This document shows positions 40,555 to 49,508 of a stretch of 64,000 bases of DNA, piece by piece. How positions within the stretch are numbered: position 1 is the first letter of the stretch; every line of letters starts with the position of its first letter. Below the pieces are notes generated by a model, which saw only the letters and a program-made list of their open reading frames with translations, did no database searches and was not told where the DNA came from. This stretch comes from Dehalococcoidia bacterium (GTDB taxonomy: Bacteria; Chloroflexota; Dehalococcoidia; Plut-88900). Position numbers and translations under genes: made by a program. Location of the stretch: positions 1,824,001-1,888,000 of the forward strand of contig OZ240215.1 in assembly GCA_965197585.1 (NCBI GenBank), written 5' to 3'.

Positions 40555-42594
40555 CTACACGAACAGAGGCCCGAACACCACCGCCACTATCGCCATCAGC
40601 TTTAGCAGGATGTTCAGCGAGGGACCGGACGTGTCCTTGAACGGGTCACCGACAGTGTCACCGACTACCGCCGCCTTGTGCGCCTCGGAGCCCTTGCCCC
40701 CGTGCGCTCCCTGCTCGATGTACTTCTTCGCGTTGTCCCACGCCCCGCCTGCATTCGCCATCGTGATGGCCAGCATCACGCCGGATGCTATCGAGCCGAT
40801 TAGCAGACCGCCCAGCGCCTGCGGCCCCAGCACAATCCCGATAATTATCGGCGTAACTACGGCAAGCAGTCCCGGCACAATCATCTCTTTGATCGCTCCG
40901 TTCGTGCTGATGGCCACAGCCTTCCCATACTCGGGGCGTCCCGTGCCCTCCATAATTCCCGGTATCTCTCGGAACTGCCGTCTCACCTCATTCACCATCG
41001 CATTGGCGGCTCGGCCCACGGCCTGCAGCGTAAGCGCCGAGAACACGAAAGGCATCAGACCCCCGACGAGTAGCCCGATTAGCGTGCTCGAACTGTCCTC
41101 CAAAAGGTCGATTACCTCGATGTTAACCACCTCGGCGTATGTCACCATCAGCGCTAGCGAGGTGAGCACCGCCGAGCCAATCGCGAATCCCTTGCCCGTG
41201 GCCGCTGTCGTGTTACCCAGCGAGTCCAGGGAGTCAGTCCTTTCTCTTACCTCGGGCGGAAGCCCTGCTTGCTCTGCGATACCTCCCGCGTTGTCGGCAA
41301 CCGGACCGTAGGCGTCTGTTGCCAGCGTGATCCCCAACGTCGAAAGCATCCCAACCGCCGCCAGTGCTATCCCGTACACTCCGGCCAGCCAGTTCGCCAG
41401 CCAGATGGCTACAACTATCGACACGATGGGAATGACTGTGCTGAACATCCCCAGCCCGATCCCTCCGATTATTACCGTCGCCGGGCCGGTTAGCGACTGT
41501 TTGGACAATCCTCTCGTGAACGGATATTCGTAGGAGGTAAAGACCTCGGTAGCCGTGCCGATAACCTGGCCCGTCACCAACCCGACCACCACCACCCAGA
41601 ACAAGTTGAAGTCCATATCAAGCTGCCAAATTGCCAGCCCAGTCCCTATCAGTACCAGTCCCCCCGACGTGAAGATTCCCGTTCGAAGGGCCCAAAGCAG
41701 CCTGCCCATCCCCGCACCCTCCCCGGTCCGCACCAGGAAGGTTCCTATCACCGAGGCGAATATGCCGATAGACGCTACCAGAAGGGGCAATATGAACCCG
41801 TTGGAGTCATACCCGCCCGTGTGCCCGACCAGAATGGTCGCCGTAGCCGCCAGCGAAAGTGTCGCTATAAGGGAACCGACATACGACTCGAACAAATCGG
41901 CCCCCATCCCAGCCACGTCACCCACGTTGTCACCCACGTTGTCGGCTATGGTCGCCGGGTTCCGAGGATCGTCCTCCGGAATTCCCGCTTCCACCTTGCC
42001 TACCAGGTCAGCCCCGACGTCCGCCGCCTTGGTGTAAATGCCCCCGCCTACCCGGGCGAACAGTGCCACCGACGAAGCTCCGAAGCCAAATCCGGCCACA
42101 ATGAATGGGTCCTTGAACACCCAGTACAGTGCCGTGACTCCAATAAGCCCGATCCCGACCACCGTGACTCCCATCACCGCCCCGCCCGAGAACGCTACGC
42201 GCAGCGCAGGGCCTAGCCCCACTTGAGCCTTCGCAGTGGTCCTGGTATTTGTCCGGACCGCCACGTTCATCCCTATGTATCCCGCCAGCCCCGAGGCCAC
42301 CGCCCCCGCCATGTAGGAAATTGCCGTCGCTGGCAGGGACCGGGCGTCGCCGGGGATCCGGTCCAGTACGTCGGCGTCAATGAATATCCACAGCACCGCG
42401 AAGGAGATCAGGGCAAAAGCCCCAAGGACGGCGTACTCCCTTTTGAGGAAGGCCATAGCCCCCTCCTGGATCGCCTTCCCGATCTCCCGCATCAACTCGT
42501 TGCCCTCGTCCTGTCTGAGTATGTAAATGATCAGGGCGATGGCAAAGACCAGCGCAGTCGCGCCTGCGGCGAAGCTGATGATGAATGAGGTCAT
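40555..42594 (-). CDS. hppA: Membrane-integral pyrophosphatase, probably K+-dependent and Na+-translocating
   Basis: DVGADLVGKVE, DNVGDNVGD, ADLFESY, GNTTAA, GDTVGDPFKD. Confidence 0.95.
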   Translation of the reverse strand: MTSFIISFAAGATALVFAIALIIYILRQDEGNELMREIGKAIQEGAMAFLKREYAVLGAFALISFAVLWIFIDADVLDRIPGDARSLPATAISYMAGAVASGLAGYIGMNVAVRTNTRTTAKAQVGLGPALRVAFSGGAVMGVTVVGIGLIGVTALYWVFKDPFIVAGFGFGASSVALFARVGGGIYTKAADVGADLVGKVEAGIPEDDPRNPATIADNVGDNVGDVAGMGADLFESYVGSLIATLSLAATATILVGHTGGYDSNGFILPLLVASIGIFASVIGTFLVRTGEGAGMGRLLWALRTGIFTSGGLVLIGTGLAIWQLDMDFNLFWVVVVGLVTGQVIGTATEVFTSYEYPFTRGLSKQSLTGPATVIIGGIGLGMFSTVIPIVSIVVAIWLANWLAGVYGIALAAVGMLSTLGITLATDAYGPVADNAGGIAEQAGLPPEVRERTDSLDSLGNTTAATGKGFAIGSAVLTSLALMVTYAEVVNIEVIDLLEDSSSTLIGLLVGGLMPFVFSALTLQAVGRAANAMVNEVRRQFREIPGIMEGTGRPEYGKAVAISTNGAIKEMIVPGLLAVVTPIIIGIVLGPQALGGLLIGSIASGVMLAITMANAGGAWDNAKKYIEQGAHGGKGSEAHKAAVVGDTVGDPFKDTSGPSLNILLKLMAIVAVVFGPLFV

Positions 42595-42689
42595 AAGAGG
42601 AGGTCTCCTGACTGGAATTGATTGTAGAGTCTGGGCCCCTGTCAGACACGGATTTTATCGGCATCCCCACCCAAGCGTCAAGAAGCCCC

Positions 42690-43412
42690 ACCCCCCTGAG
42701 CCGGAATCCATCCCCGGAGGGGCCGCTCACCCTAGCATGCTGAAAGTGCGCCTCTGGAGCATCGAAGGGTCAAGCGGGGGGCGGCCCAGCACCGCCAATC
42801 CGTCACGGTTACCCGACCCCACCCCCCGAGGGGAGCCTGTCCGCCAAAGGCGGATCATTCCTGCCCCCGAGAGCCGGAATCCCTGGGTGGGGAATTCCGT
42901 TCGCCCTGAGCGGAGTCGAAGCATGTCCTGAGCCCCGTCGAAGGGGGTCTCAAGAACGGAATGGGTGGGCCGCCCTCCTTCCCCGTAGGGGCGACCGGCC
43001 GGTCGCCTTCCCCGGGGCAGAGGGGCCGCTCACCCTGAGGCACTCGAAGGGTCGAGCGTGGGGCGGCCCAGCACCGCCAATCCGTCGCGGTTACCCGACC
43101 CCACCCCCCGAGGGGAGCCTGTCCGCCCAAGTCGGACCATTCCTGCCCCCGAGAGCCGGAATCCATGGGTGGGGATTCCGTTCGCCCTGAGCGGAGTCGA
43201 AGGGTCTCAAGAACGGAATGGGTGGGCCGCCCTCCTTCCCCGTAGGGGCGACCGGCCGCTCACCCTCCCCGGGGCAGAGGGGCCGCTCACCCTGAGGCAC
43301 TCGAAGGGTCGAGCGTGGGGCGGCCCACGCTTTGCCAATCCGTCACGTCAGCCCCAACACCACCCCACCCCCTTCTCCCCTGTCATTCCGAGGCCCCGCG
43401 AGGAATCTAAGG
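42690..43412. repeat. Tandem composite REP array (about 2.3 units of 260-300 bp)
   Basis: Units start near 42719, 43022 and 43279 with GGGGCCGCTCACCCT..TCGAAGGG; GTAGGGGCGACCGGCC and CCGGAATCC modules. Confidence 0.9.
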
Positions 43413-43432
43413 CGTCCTTAACGCCAAGCACG

Positions 43433-43747
43433 CTATTCCAGAATTAAACCAACAGCCTGCAAAATGACACTGGCCAAGGCTGCTACACCCGTAATGGTAG
43501 CTATTGATGCGGCGAACCAATGTTTCTTGAGCCACGTCATTCTCGGGGCTTTGAGCCGCTCCAAGTACTTGAGACCTGACAACGAGGTCAACGATTTATT
43601 GTGCCCACCTCCCACGCCATTTGTAAGATAATCGGCGATATGCAACAGCTGAACTGTGTTGGCATCTTTGTGAGCGTGTAGGTAAAGCACTGGTTCCTTA
43701 CATTGCTCCAAAACACGGATCATGCTCTTTCTTAATTCTTTATCCAC
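43433..43747 (-). CDS. Hypothetical protein with C-terminal TM helix
   Basis: GTG start 10 bp after the MTase-HNH stop; AT-richer; hydrophobic C-terminus. Confidence 0.5.
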   Translation of the reverse strand: MDKELRKSMIRVLEQCKEPVLYLHAHKDANTVQLLHIADYLTNGVGGGHNKSLTSLSGLKYLERLKAPRMTWLKKHWFAASIATITGVAALASVILQAVGLILE

Positions 43748-43757
43748 CCCCCACCCC

Positions 43758-45119
43758 CTACCCCTCCCCCAACCTCGCCACCAGATAAGCCATATCCCTA
43801 TCCCCCTTGATCCGATTGCAATTCGGGCACAGCAGCTGAAGATTCTCCGGGTGGTCCGACCCTCCCCGACTCCTCGGCACCACGTGGTCCACCTCCATGA
43901 TCCTGAACAGGAACTCAACCTTGCACCCCCCACACCTCCCCTCCTGCCGGCCAAACAGCACGTGCTTCTGCTTCCGGTACGGTATCGGCGCCTCGATATC
44001 CGTCCGCCGAGGAATGTCCGTCCGAGCCGTCACCAGCCGGTCGTGGAACAGGTCTCCCATGAACTCCCGCAGCCGCATGTTCACCAGCTCGACAGCCTTC
44101 TCCGATATGTCTATCCCCACCCACTTCCTCCCCAGCCTCTCCGCCGCCACACACGCCGTCGCACACCCGCAAAACGGGTCCAGCACCACGTCTCCCGGAT
44201 TGGATGACGCCGAGATAATCCGTTCCAGGAGGGCGAGGGGCTTTTGGGTCGGATAGCCTATCCGCTCCTTAGCCTGGGAGTTGATGGCGTTGATGTCTGT
44301 CCATACCGCCTGAAGTGGCCTGCCCTTCATTTCATCGAGGTATCTCTTCAACCTAATGCCGCCCCGACTTGTGAAGTGCAGGCGTCCTTCCTCATCCAGT
44401 CTTCGCATTGTCTCTAATGGAACACGCCACAGTGACGAAATGCCCTTATATTCATATTCGTACCCGCCACCTGATAACCCTTTGGCTGTAATGTCGTAGT
44501 CGGCCCATGCCCGTCCGTCGGGGTCTCGCTGCCGAAATCTGGCTATGTAGGTATCGTCGTGCGGCTGATATAGAGAATTCCAAGTCCAACTCTCACGGTT
44601 CGAGTAAAACAAAATCACGTCAGAGTTTTTCCCATATCGGACTGAGTCGTTGTGTGCGGTAGTTCGTTGCCAGGTGATTTCATTCTGAAACTGTGCTGAC
44701 CCAAATATCGAGTCCATCAACAACTTCAGGTAATGGCTAGCCGTCGGGTCACAGTGCAGGTATATCGACCCCGTCTCCCTCAGCACCCGACGCATCTCCA
44801 GCAGCCGCACGGCCATCATGCACAGGTAGCTCTGCATCCCCTTCCCGTGCGTCAGCCCCGCCGTCTCGATAACCTTGTACATCGCCGGCTGCTCATCGGC
44901 GATCAGGCCCATCCAGGCCGTGTCCAGGTCCGACAGCGTCCACGTGTCCTTGAACGCCGCCCCCGCCGCCCGTGACCCCACCGGCGCAGCATAGTTCCGG
45001 TTCGAGTTGAACGGCGGATCGAGATATATCAGGTCCACCGACTCCGAGTTCAACCCCCGCAATATATCGAGGTTGTCCCCCGTCCAGATCGTCTTGTCCA
45101 CAAAATTCGGCTCAGGCAT
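43758..45119 (-). CDS. N4/N6 DNA methyltransferase fused to a C-terminal HNH nuclease
   Basis: LIYLDPPF, YPTQKP, LDPFCGCAT; CGGC..VDHVVPRSRGG..NLQLLCPNCN. Confidence 0.9.
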   Translation of the reverse strand: MPEPNFVDKTIWTGDNLDILRGLNSESVDLIYLDPPFNSNRNYAAPVGSRAAGAAFKDTWTLSDLDTAWMGLIADEQPAMYKVIETAGLTHGKGMQSYLCMMAVRLLEMRRVLRETGSIYLHCDPTASHYLKLLMDSIFGSAQFQNEITWQRTTAHNDSVRYGKNSDVILFYSNRESWTWNSLYQPHDDTYIARFRQRDPDGRAWADYDITAKGLSGGGYEYEYKGISSLWRVPLETMRRLDEEGRLHFTSRGGIRLKRYLDEMKGRPLQAVWTDINAINSQAKERIGYPTQKPLALLERIISASSNPGDVVLDPFCGCATACVAAERLGRKWVGIDISEKAVELVNMRLREFMGDLFHDRLVTARTDIPRRTDIEAPIPYRKQKHVLFGRQEGRCGGCKVEFLFRIMEVDHVVPRSRGGSDHPENLQLLCPNCNRIKGDRDMAYLVARLGEG

Positions 45120-45148
45120 GTCGTAGATGCGCCTCCGGCGTAGCCGTC

Positions 45149-45177
45149 AGTTTACTCCAACTAGAGCATACGTTCAA
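45149..45177 (-). promoter_or_regulatory. Putative MTase-HNH promoter with SOS-box-like site
   Basis: TTGAAC-N17-TAAACT; GAAC-GTAT-GCTC overlaps the -35. Confidence 0.45.
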
Positions 45178-45335
45178 AGACAGCCACCCCCCGCCCCCAA
45201 CCCTCCTTACCATTCCGATGCCCCGCGAGGTCGAAGATGCGCCTGTGGCGTGAGAGGGGGATTAAGGGAGTGAGGGTTCCCCGGTGGGGCTGGGGATGGG
45301 GCCGTAGGCTCGCCTCGGCGAGTGACATTTGCCTC

Positions 45336-45365
45336 TTGACTGATATAGGGCATGTGTTCTATATT
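45336..45365 (+). promoter_or_regulatory. Putative sigma70 promoter
   Basis: TTGACT-N18-TATATT. Confidence 0.55.
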
Positions 45366-45420
45366 TATGCCCGTACTGCCGATACTCAGGATATGCTACA
45401 ACCACGAAAGGATTGCCGAT

Positions 45421-45774
45421 ATGAACCCTTCTTCCCAAACCCAGGACCCCTTCTATGCCTCCAGCATGACCCGCACCGAGAAAAAGAGGTTGGCCGACGC
45501 TCAGGTTGTCCGCGGCCTCAACGATGAAATCGCCCTCCTCCGCCTCAAGCTCGGCAACCTCGTCGACAATGACCCCAACAACATACCTCTCATATTCAAG
45601 GGCGCCGACCTCATCGTGCGTGCCGTCGCCGCCCGAACCCGCGTCTCCAAGGACTCCCCCGAAGACTCCGAGCAGGGCATATACAATATGCTCAAGGACG
45701 CCAGCGAACACTTCGGACTCAAGATGATTCCCTGGGACTGCGAATGCGGCCCCGAATGCCACTCCCAATCCTAG
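45421..45774 (+). CDS. Hypothetical helical protein
   Basis: RBS AAAGGA before ATG 45421, host-like codon usage, GLNDEIALLRLKL segment. Confidence 0.7.
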   Translation: MNPSSQTQDPFYASSMTRTEKKRLADAQVVRGLNDEIALLRLKLGNLVDNDPNNIPLIFKGADLIVRAVAARTRVSKDSPEDSEQGIYNMLKDASEHFGLKMIPWDCECGPECHSQS

Positions 45775-45789
45775 CCCCCCGCCTACCCA

Positions 45790-46105
45790 TCATCCCCCCC
45801 GAGGGGAGCCTGTCCGCCAAAGGCGGATCATTCCGAGGCCCTGAGAGCCGGAATCCATCCCCAGTGTGGGGAGGGGTAGTCCTGTCCCCTCTCCCTTGAG
45901 GGGAGAGGGCTAGAGCCTGCCCCGAGTCCCCCCGAGGGGGTGAGGGTGATCCCCTCCCCCAGCGCGGGGCCGCTCATCCTGAGGCACTCGAAGGGTCGAG
46001 CGAGGGGCGGCCCACCATCGCCATTCCTTCACGTCCGCACTCCCCACCCCACCCCCCTCTTCCCCGTCACTCCGAGGCCCCGCGAGGAATCTAGGACCTG
46101 CCCTC
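45790..46105. repeat. Composite REP cluster
   Basis: Same modules as 42.7-43.4 kb plus CCCTCTCCC..GGGAGAGGG. Confidence 0.8.
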
Positions 46106-46146
46106 CCACACCTTGCCTAGCCTTCCTTCCCCTCCTCCCTGTTAAC

Positions 46147-46187
46147 GATATATCAGCCATGTTGCACAGCAACATGGCTGATATATC
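46147..46187. repeat. Perfect 19-bp inverted repeat
   Basis: GATATATCAGCCATGTTGC-ACA-GCAACATGGCTGATATATC. Confidence 0.85.
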
Positions 46188-46268
46188 AATAAAACAGGGC
46201 GGGTGGGCGGGACTCCATTTATTCCGAGGGGCCGAGGGGTATCCCTCCCCAAAAGTGACACGAACCCC

Positions 46269-46298
46269 TTGACTCAATAAGTACGCATGTACTATATT
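46269..46298 (+). promoter_or_regulatory. Putative sigma70 promoter with palindromic operator
   Basis: TTGACT-N18-TATATT containing GTAC-GCAT-GTAC. Confidence 0.55.
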
Positions 46299-46965
46299 CT
46301 CCCTTGAATGGCCAATCACCCACCCCAACCACCAAGGAGGTACAAAAACTAGGGAAGCCCACCCGACCCACCCGAGGACTCAACGCCTAAGCCCATCCCA
46401 ACGGCCCTCGCGCAGGCCCGCGGCACAAGCGAAAGCGGAACGTCCGCCTATGGAGGACCGCCATCTCCTCATCCCCATCGGGTCCCGTGTACCCTTCCCC
46501 CTTCCCTGACCATCAGGCGATGGAAGACGCCCTGGACCGTACATAAAAGTCTCCTCACGGAGCAACCCGACCCATGGAGCGGAACGGGGCAGCCCGTAGC
46601 CGAGGCCCGCTCGGCTCTCCGTCCGCTTCCTCAAATAAAACTGGGCCGCCCGCCACTCCGGGTTCCTGGATACAGGCGGCGAACTGGATACCCACTACTC
46701 CTGCGAGGGGAACTGACCCTGGACTTTCCCCTTCCTGCACCCGCCTCCGGCGGACAGCGCAGCCAACCCTTATTGGAGCCTATGACGGATGACGGACCCG
46801 TATGTCCGACCATACTTCCAGGTCTAGGCGGCGGCGGAGCCCCGTCCCCACGTTCCCGGGACGCCTCCAAGCCCGCATTATCTAAAAATAGGGAGCCTAA
46901 TCCAGCAAGCGTCTTCCATCGTCAACCCAAAACCCCAAACAATACTCACAAACCCCACCCCACAG

Positions 46966-47625
46966 CTAAATACCCCCCAGCTTATCCTCCAGCCTCCGCA
47001 GCGACCGTTCCAGCTGGTGCTGTCGATAGGCCACCGTCAGGTCTCCCCGCGTACGCTCCACCACTCCCCTTACCATATCCGTCGTCCGCCGGAGCCCCGA
47101 GGTGATCCCGTCCGGGAAGTCGATCGTCGTCAGAGCCATGTAGATAGTGTCGATCTGCTCAAGCTTCCGCTCGCAAAGGTCTATGTCGCCCTTGCGAAGG
47201 GTGTCCAGGATGTGCCGGCGCATCTCCCCCACCGCCTCCCCCATCCCGTTTAGATAAGCCGGATACCCTACCCTTAGCTCGTCCGGGTCCGGTAAAGGAC
47301 TCTCCGATGCCAGGGACAGCGTGATCTGCCCCTCGGCGTACTCCTTTTGAGCGTCGTGCAGAAAGCCCGCGTGATATACAGATGGATGTCCTGCCAGCGA
47401 TTCTTCGGCCCTGTCCAGCAGCTCCCGGGCCCGTGCCAGCAGCCTCTTCGCCTCATCAAACTCCCCCCGGTGAGTCGCCCGGATCGAGTTGGCGCAATGC
47501 CGGATCGCGTCCCTCGACCCCCGCAGCCCCTCCTCCCGCGCCCCGTGCTTCTCCGATAGGCTTGCCCGGACCTTCTCGATTATCGGCCCCAGGTTGGAGA
47601 CCGGCCCCGGCCCTTCACTTGGCAT
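46966..47625 (-). CDS. Translin/TRAX family protein
   Basis: All-helical; SIRATHRG, QKEYAE, YLNGMGEAVGEMRR, LRRTTDMVRGVVERTR pattern of prokaryotic translin homologs. Confidence 0.8.
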   Translation of the reverse strand: MPSEGPGPVSNLGPIIEKVRASLSEKHGAREEGLRGSRDAIRHCANSIRATHRGEFDEAKRLLARARELLDRAEESLAGHPSVYHAGFLHDAQKEYAEGQITLSLASESPLPDPDELRVGYPAYLNGMGEAVGEMRRHILDTLRKGDIDLCERKLEQIDTIYMALTTIDFPDGITSGLRRTTDMVRGVVERTRGDLTVAYRQHQLERSLRRLEDKLGGI

Positions 47626-48265
47626 GACGCCCTCGGGACGCTGAAGTAATCTTCTCGCTCAGTTCCCTCGCCGCCGCCTCTATGTCCGGCGCTGACAACA
47701 CTGCGCTGATGACGCATATCGAATCTGCACCCGCTTCCACCACCGGCCCCACGTTGTCGGCGTTGATACCCCCAATCGCTACCACCGGCGCCGACACCCC
47801 ACCCGACACCGACTCCAGCGTCACCAGGCCCGCGGGCCGCGTCACCGCCTTGGACTTCGTCGGATATATCGCCCCGACTGCTATGTAATACGCCCCGTCG
47901 GCCTCGGCCTTTCTCGCTTCCTCCACCGTCGCCGTCGACACCCCAATAACCGCTCCCTCCGGCATCAAGGCCCGAGCCTCCACTAGCGGAAGGTCCTTCT
48001 GTCCCAGGTGCACACCATCCGCTCCCGAGGCCAAAGCCAAGTCAACATGGTCATTCACTATTGAGGTTACGCCGGCCGCGGCACAGATGCGATTGACTTC
48101 CTTGACGATGGGCAGCTGTTCACCCTTGTCCCGGGTCTTGTCCCGCCACTGGATCACCCGAACCCCGCCCCGAATCATCGCCTCCGCCGCCTTAACCTCC
48201 GAGACGCCACTCAGGAAGCTCGGATCGAGAATAACGTACAACCCCGAGATCTTGCCGCTCTTCAT
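47615..48265 (-). CDS. thiE: Thiamine-phosphate synthase
   Basis: IQWRDK, IVNDHVDLA..ADGVHLGQKD, PTKSK, VAIGGI. Confidence 0.95.
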   Translation of the reverse strand: MKSGKISGLYVILDPSFLSGVSEVKAAEAMIRGGVRVIQWRDKTRDKGEQLPIVKEVNRICAAAGVTSIVNDHVDLALASGADGVHLGQKDLPLVEARALMPEGAVIGVSTATVEEARKAEADGAYYIAVGAIYPTKSKAVTRPAGLVTLESVSGGVSAPVVAIGGINADNVGPVVEAGADSICVISAVLSAPDIEAAARELSEKITSASRGRHAK

Positions 48266-48569
48266 AGCACCTCCATTTGAGGCATTTGCTTATTAGTCAT
48301 GCGAAAGCAGGCCGATTGGGCGTCTTAGTGCGAAGAGTGGGGCGGATGGGCCGCTCACCCTGAGGCCCTCGAAGGGTCGAGAGGGGGACCGCGCATCACC
48401 AATCCGTCGCATCTCTAAACGCCACCCCACTCCCTTCTCCCATGCCTCCCCAGTCCCTTTCCCGCCAACCGACGCCCAGACCCCCTGTCATCCCGAGGCC
48501 ACGCGAGGGATCTAGGATTTGTCCAATCTGGTAGTTCATTGAATCACCCATCCCCAAGCCCCCCGACCT

Positions 48570-48914
48570 CTAGATGTCCTTGATCGCCGGAGGCATCTCA
48601 CCGTCCCGAGCCGCGTCTATCATCTCCCGTGCCTGCTCCGGCATATCCACACCCATATCGCCCAACCTCTTCTCAGCCCACCGGCCGATGTTCGTCGGGT
48701 CCTTGTAATAGTCGTCGGTCGGGTTGAGCTGTGGCGGCCCTGAGGCGTCCCACTTGTCCTGCATCGACCTGTGATACGCCACCTGGGATATCATTCGGCT
48801 GAGGTCGGCGCTCCCGCAGGACTCGCAAACCGGGTTGGCCGTCGATCCTATACTGCGCAGGAAGATGCTAGTCGTTCTGCGGCAATCTGAGCATCTGTAT
48901 TCGTAGATAGGCAT
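48570..48914 (-). CDS. FmdB-family zinc-ribbon protein
   Basis: MPIYEYRCxxC..CxxCGS..RMIS. Confidence 0.85.
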   Translation of the reverse strand: MPIYEYRCSDCRRTTSIFLRSIGSTANPVCESCGSADLSRMISQVAYHRSMQDKWDASGPPQLNPTDDYYKDPTNIGRWAEKRLGDMGVDMPEQAREMIDAARDGEMPPAIKDI

Positions 48915-48915
48915 A

Positions 48916-49290
48916 TCAGTCGAAATCTCCGTCGTCGCCCGGCTCTTCGGGCATGTCGCCCGGCTCTTCGGGCATGTCCCCCGCCTCCATCCGGTCCACT
49001 ATCTCCCCGAACTCCGGGCCCATTTCCTCGCCCATCGAATCTTCCATCTGCCGCATCATGTCTGCCATAACCTTCGGGTCCTTGTCGTCGCTGCCGCCCC
49101 AGGACGAGGGGTCCGATAGTTCTTCCAAGCGGCTTTCGTCGGATTTGAGTATCGCCACCCGAGAAATCAGCCTCGAAAGCTCTCCCGACCCGCATTCGGG
49201 GCACGCCTTGGACGGTGGGTCCACGAACCCCCGCACGAGCAAACTCACCCTACGGTTACACCCGCCGCATCGGTATTCATAAATAGGCAA
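48916..49290 (-). CDS. FmdB-family zinc-ribbon protein
   Basis: TTG start, PIYEYRCGGC..CPECGS..RLIS; acidic tail with a 21-bp repeat (GDMPEEP x2). Confidence 0.85.
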   Translation of the reverse strand: MPIYEYRCGGCNRRVSLLVRGFVDPPSKACPECGSGELSRLISRVAILKSDESRLEELSDPSSWGGSDDKDPKVMADMMRQMEDSMGEEMGPEFGEIVDRMEAGDMPEEPGDMPEEPGDDGDFD

Positions 49291-49508
49291 CTTTGATTTC
49301 GTCCCGGCCCGAATTCTAGCACATCGATCCCGTCCAACCCTTATCCGACATTCCTGCGGAGACAGGCCGAAGGTGCGCCTCAGGCATGAATCCAGAGGTG
49401 CAGGGCTGGGTCCAGTCCCCTCCTTCTTGATGTGTCGCAAATGCGCACCCGTTCCCCATGCCATCTCGAAAGCCCCCAAGTCATCCCGAGGCCCCGCGAG
49501 GGATCTAG

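Noticed and set aside
42690-43412. CRISPR array
   Set aside because: Sequence between repeated modules is itself repeated, unit length is 260-300 bp, and there are no cas genes.
46006-46018. GGCGGCCCACCAT matching the tRNA-Lys(CTT) 3' end as an att site
   Set aside because: Only 13 bp, part of the recurrent GGGGCGGCCCA REP module, and upstream of the tRNA with core genes between.
46380-46740. RNase P RNA on the minus strand (GGGGAAAGTCC)
   Set aside because: Imperfect match to GAGGAAAGTCC and no 3' AACCCGGCTTA-type element.
48266-48560. TPP riboswitch before thiE
   Set aside because: No CTGAGA..ACCTGA..GGGA core on the coding strand.
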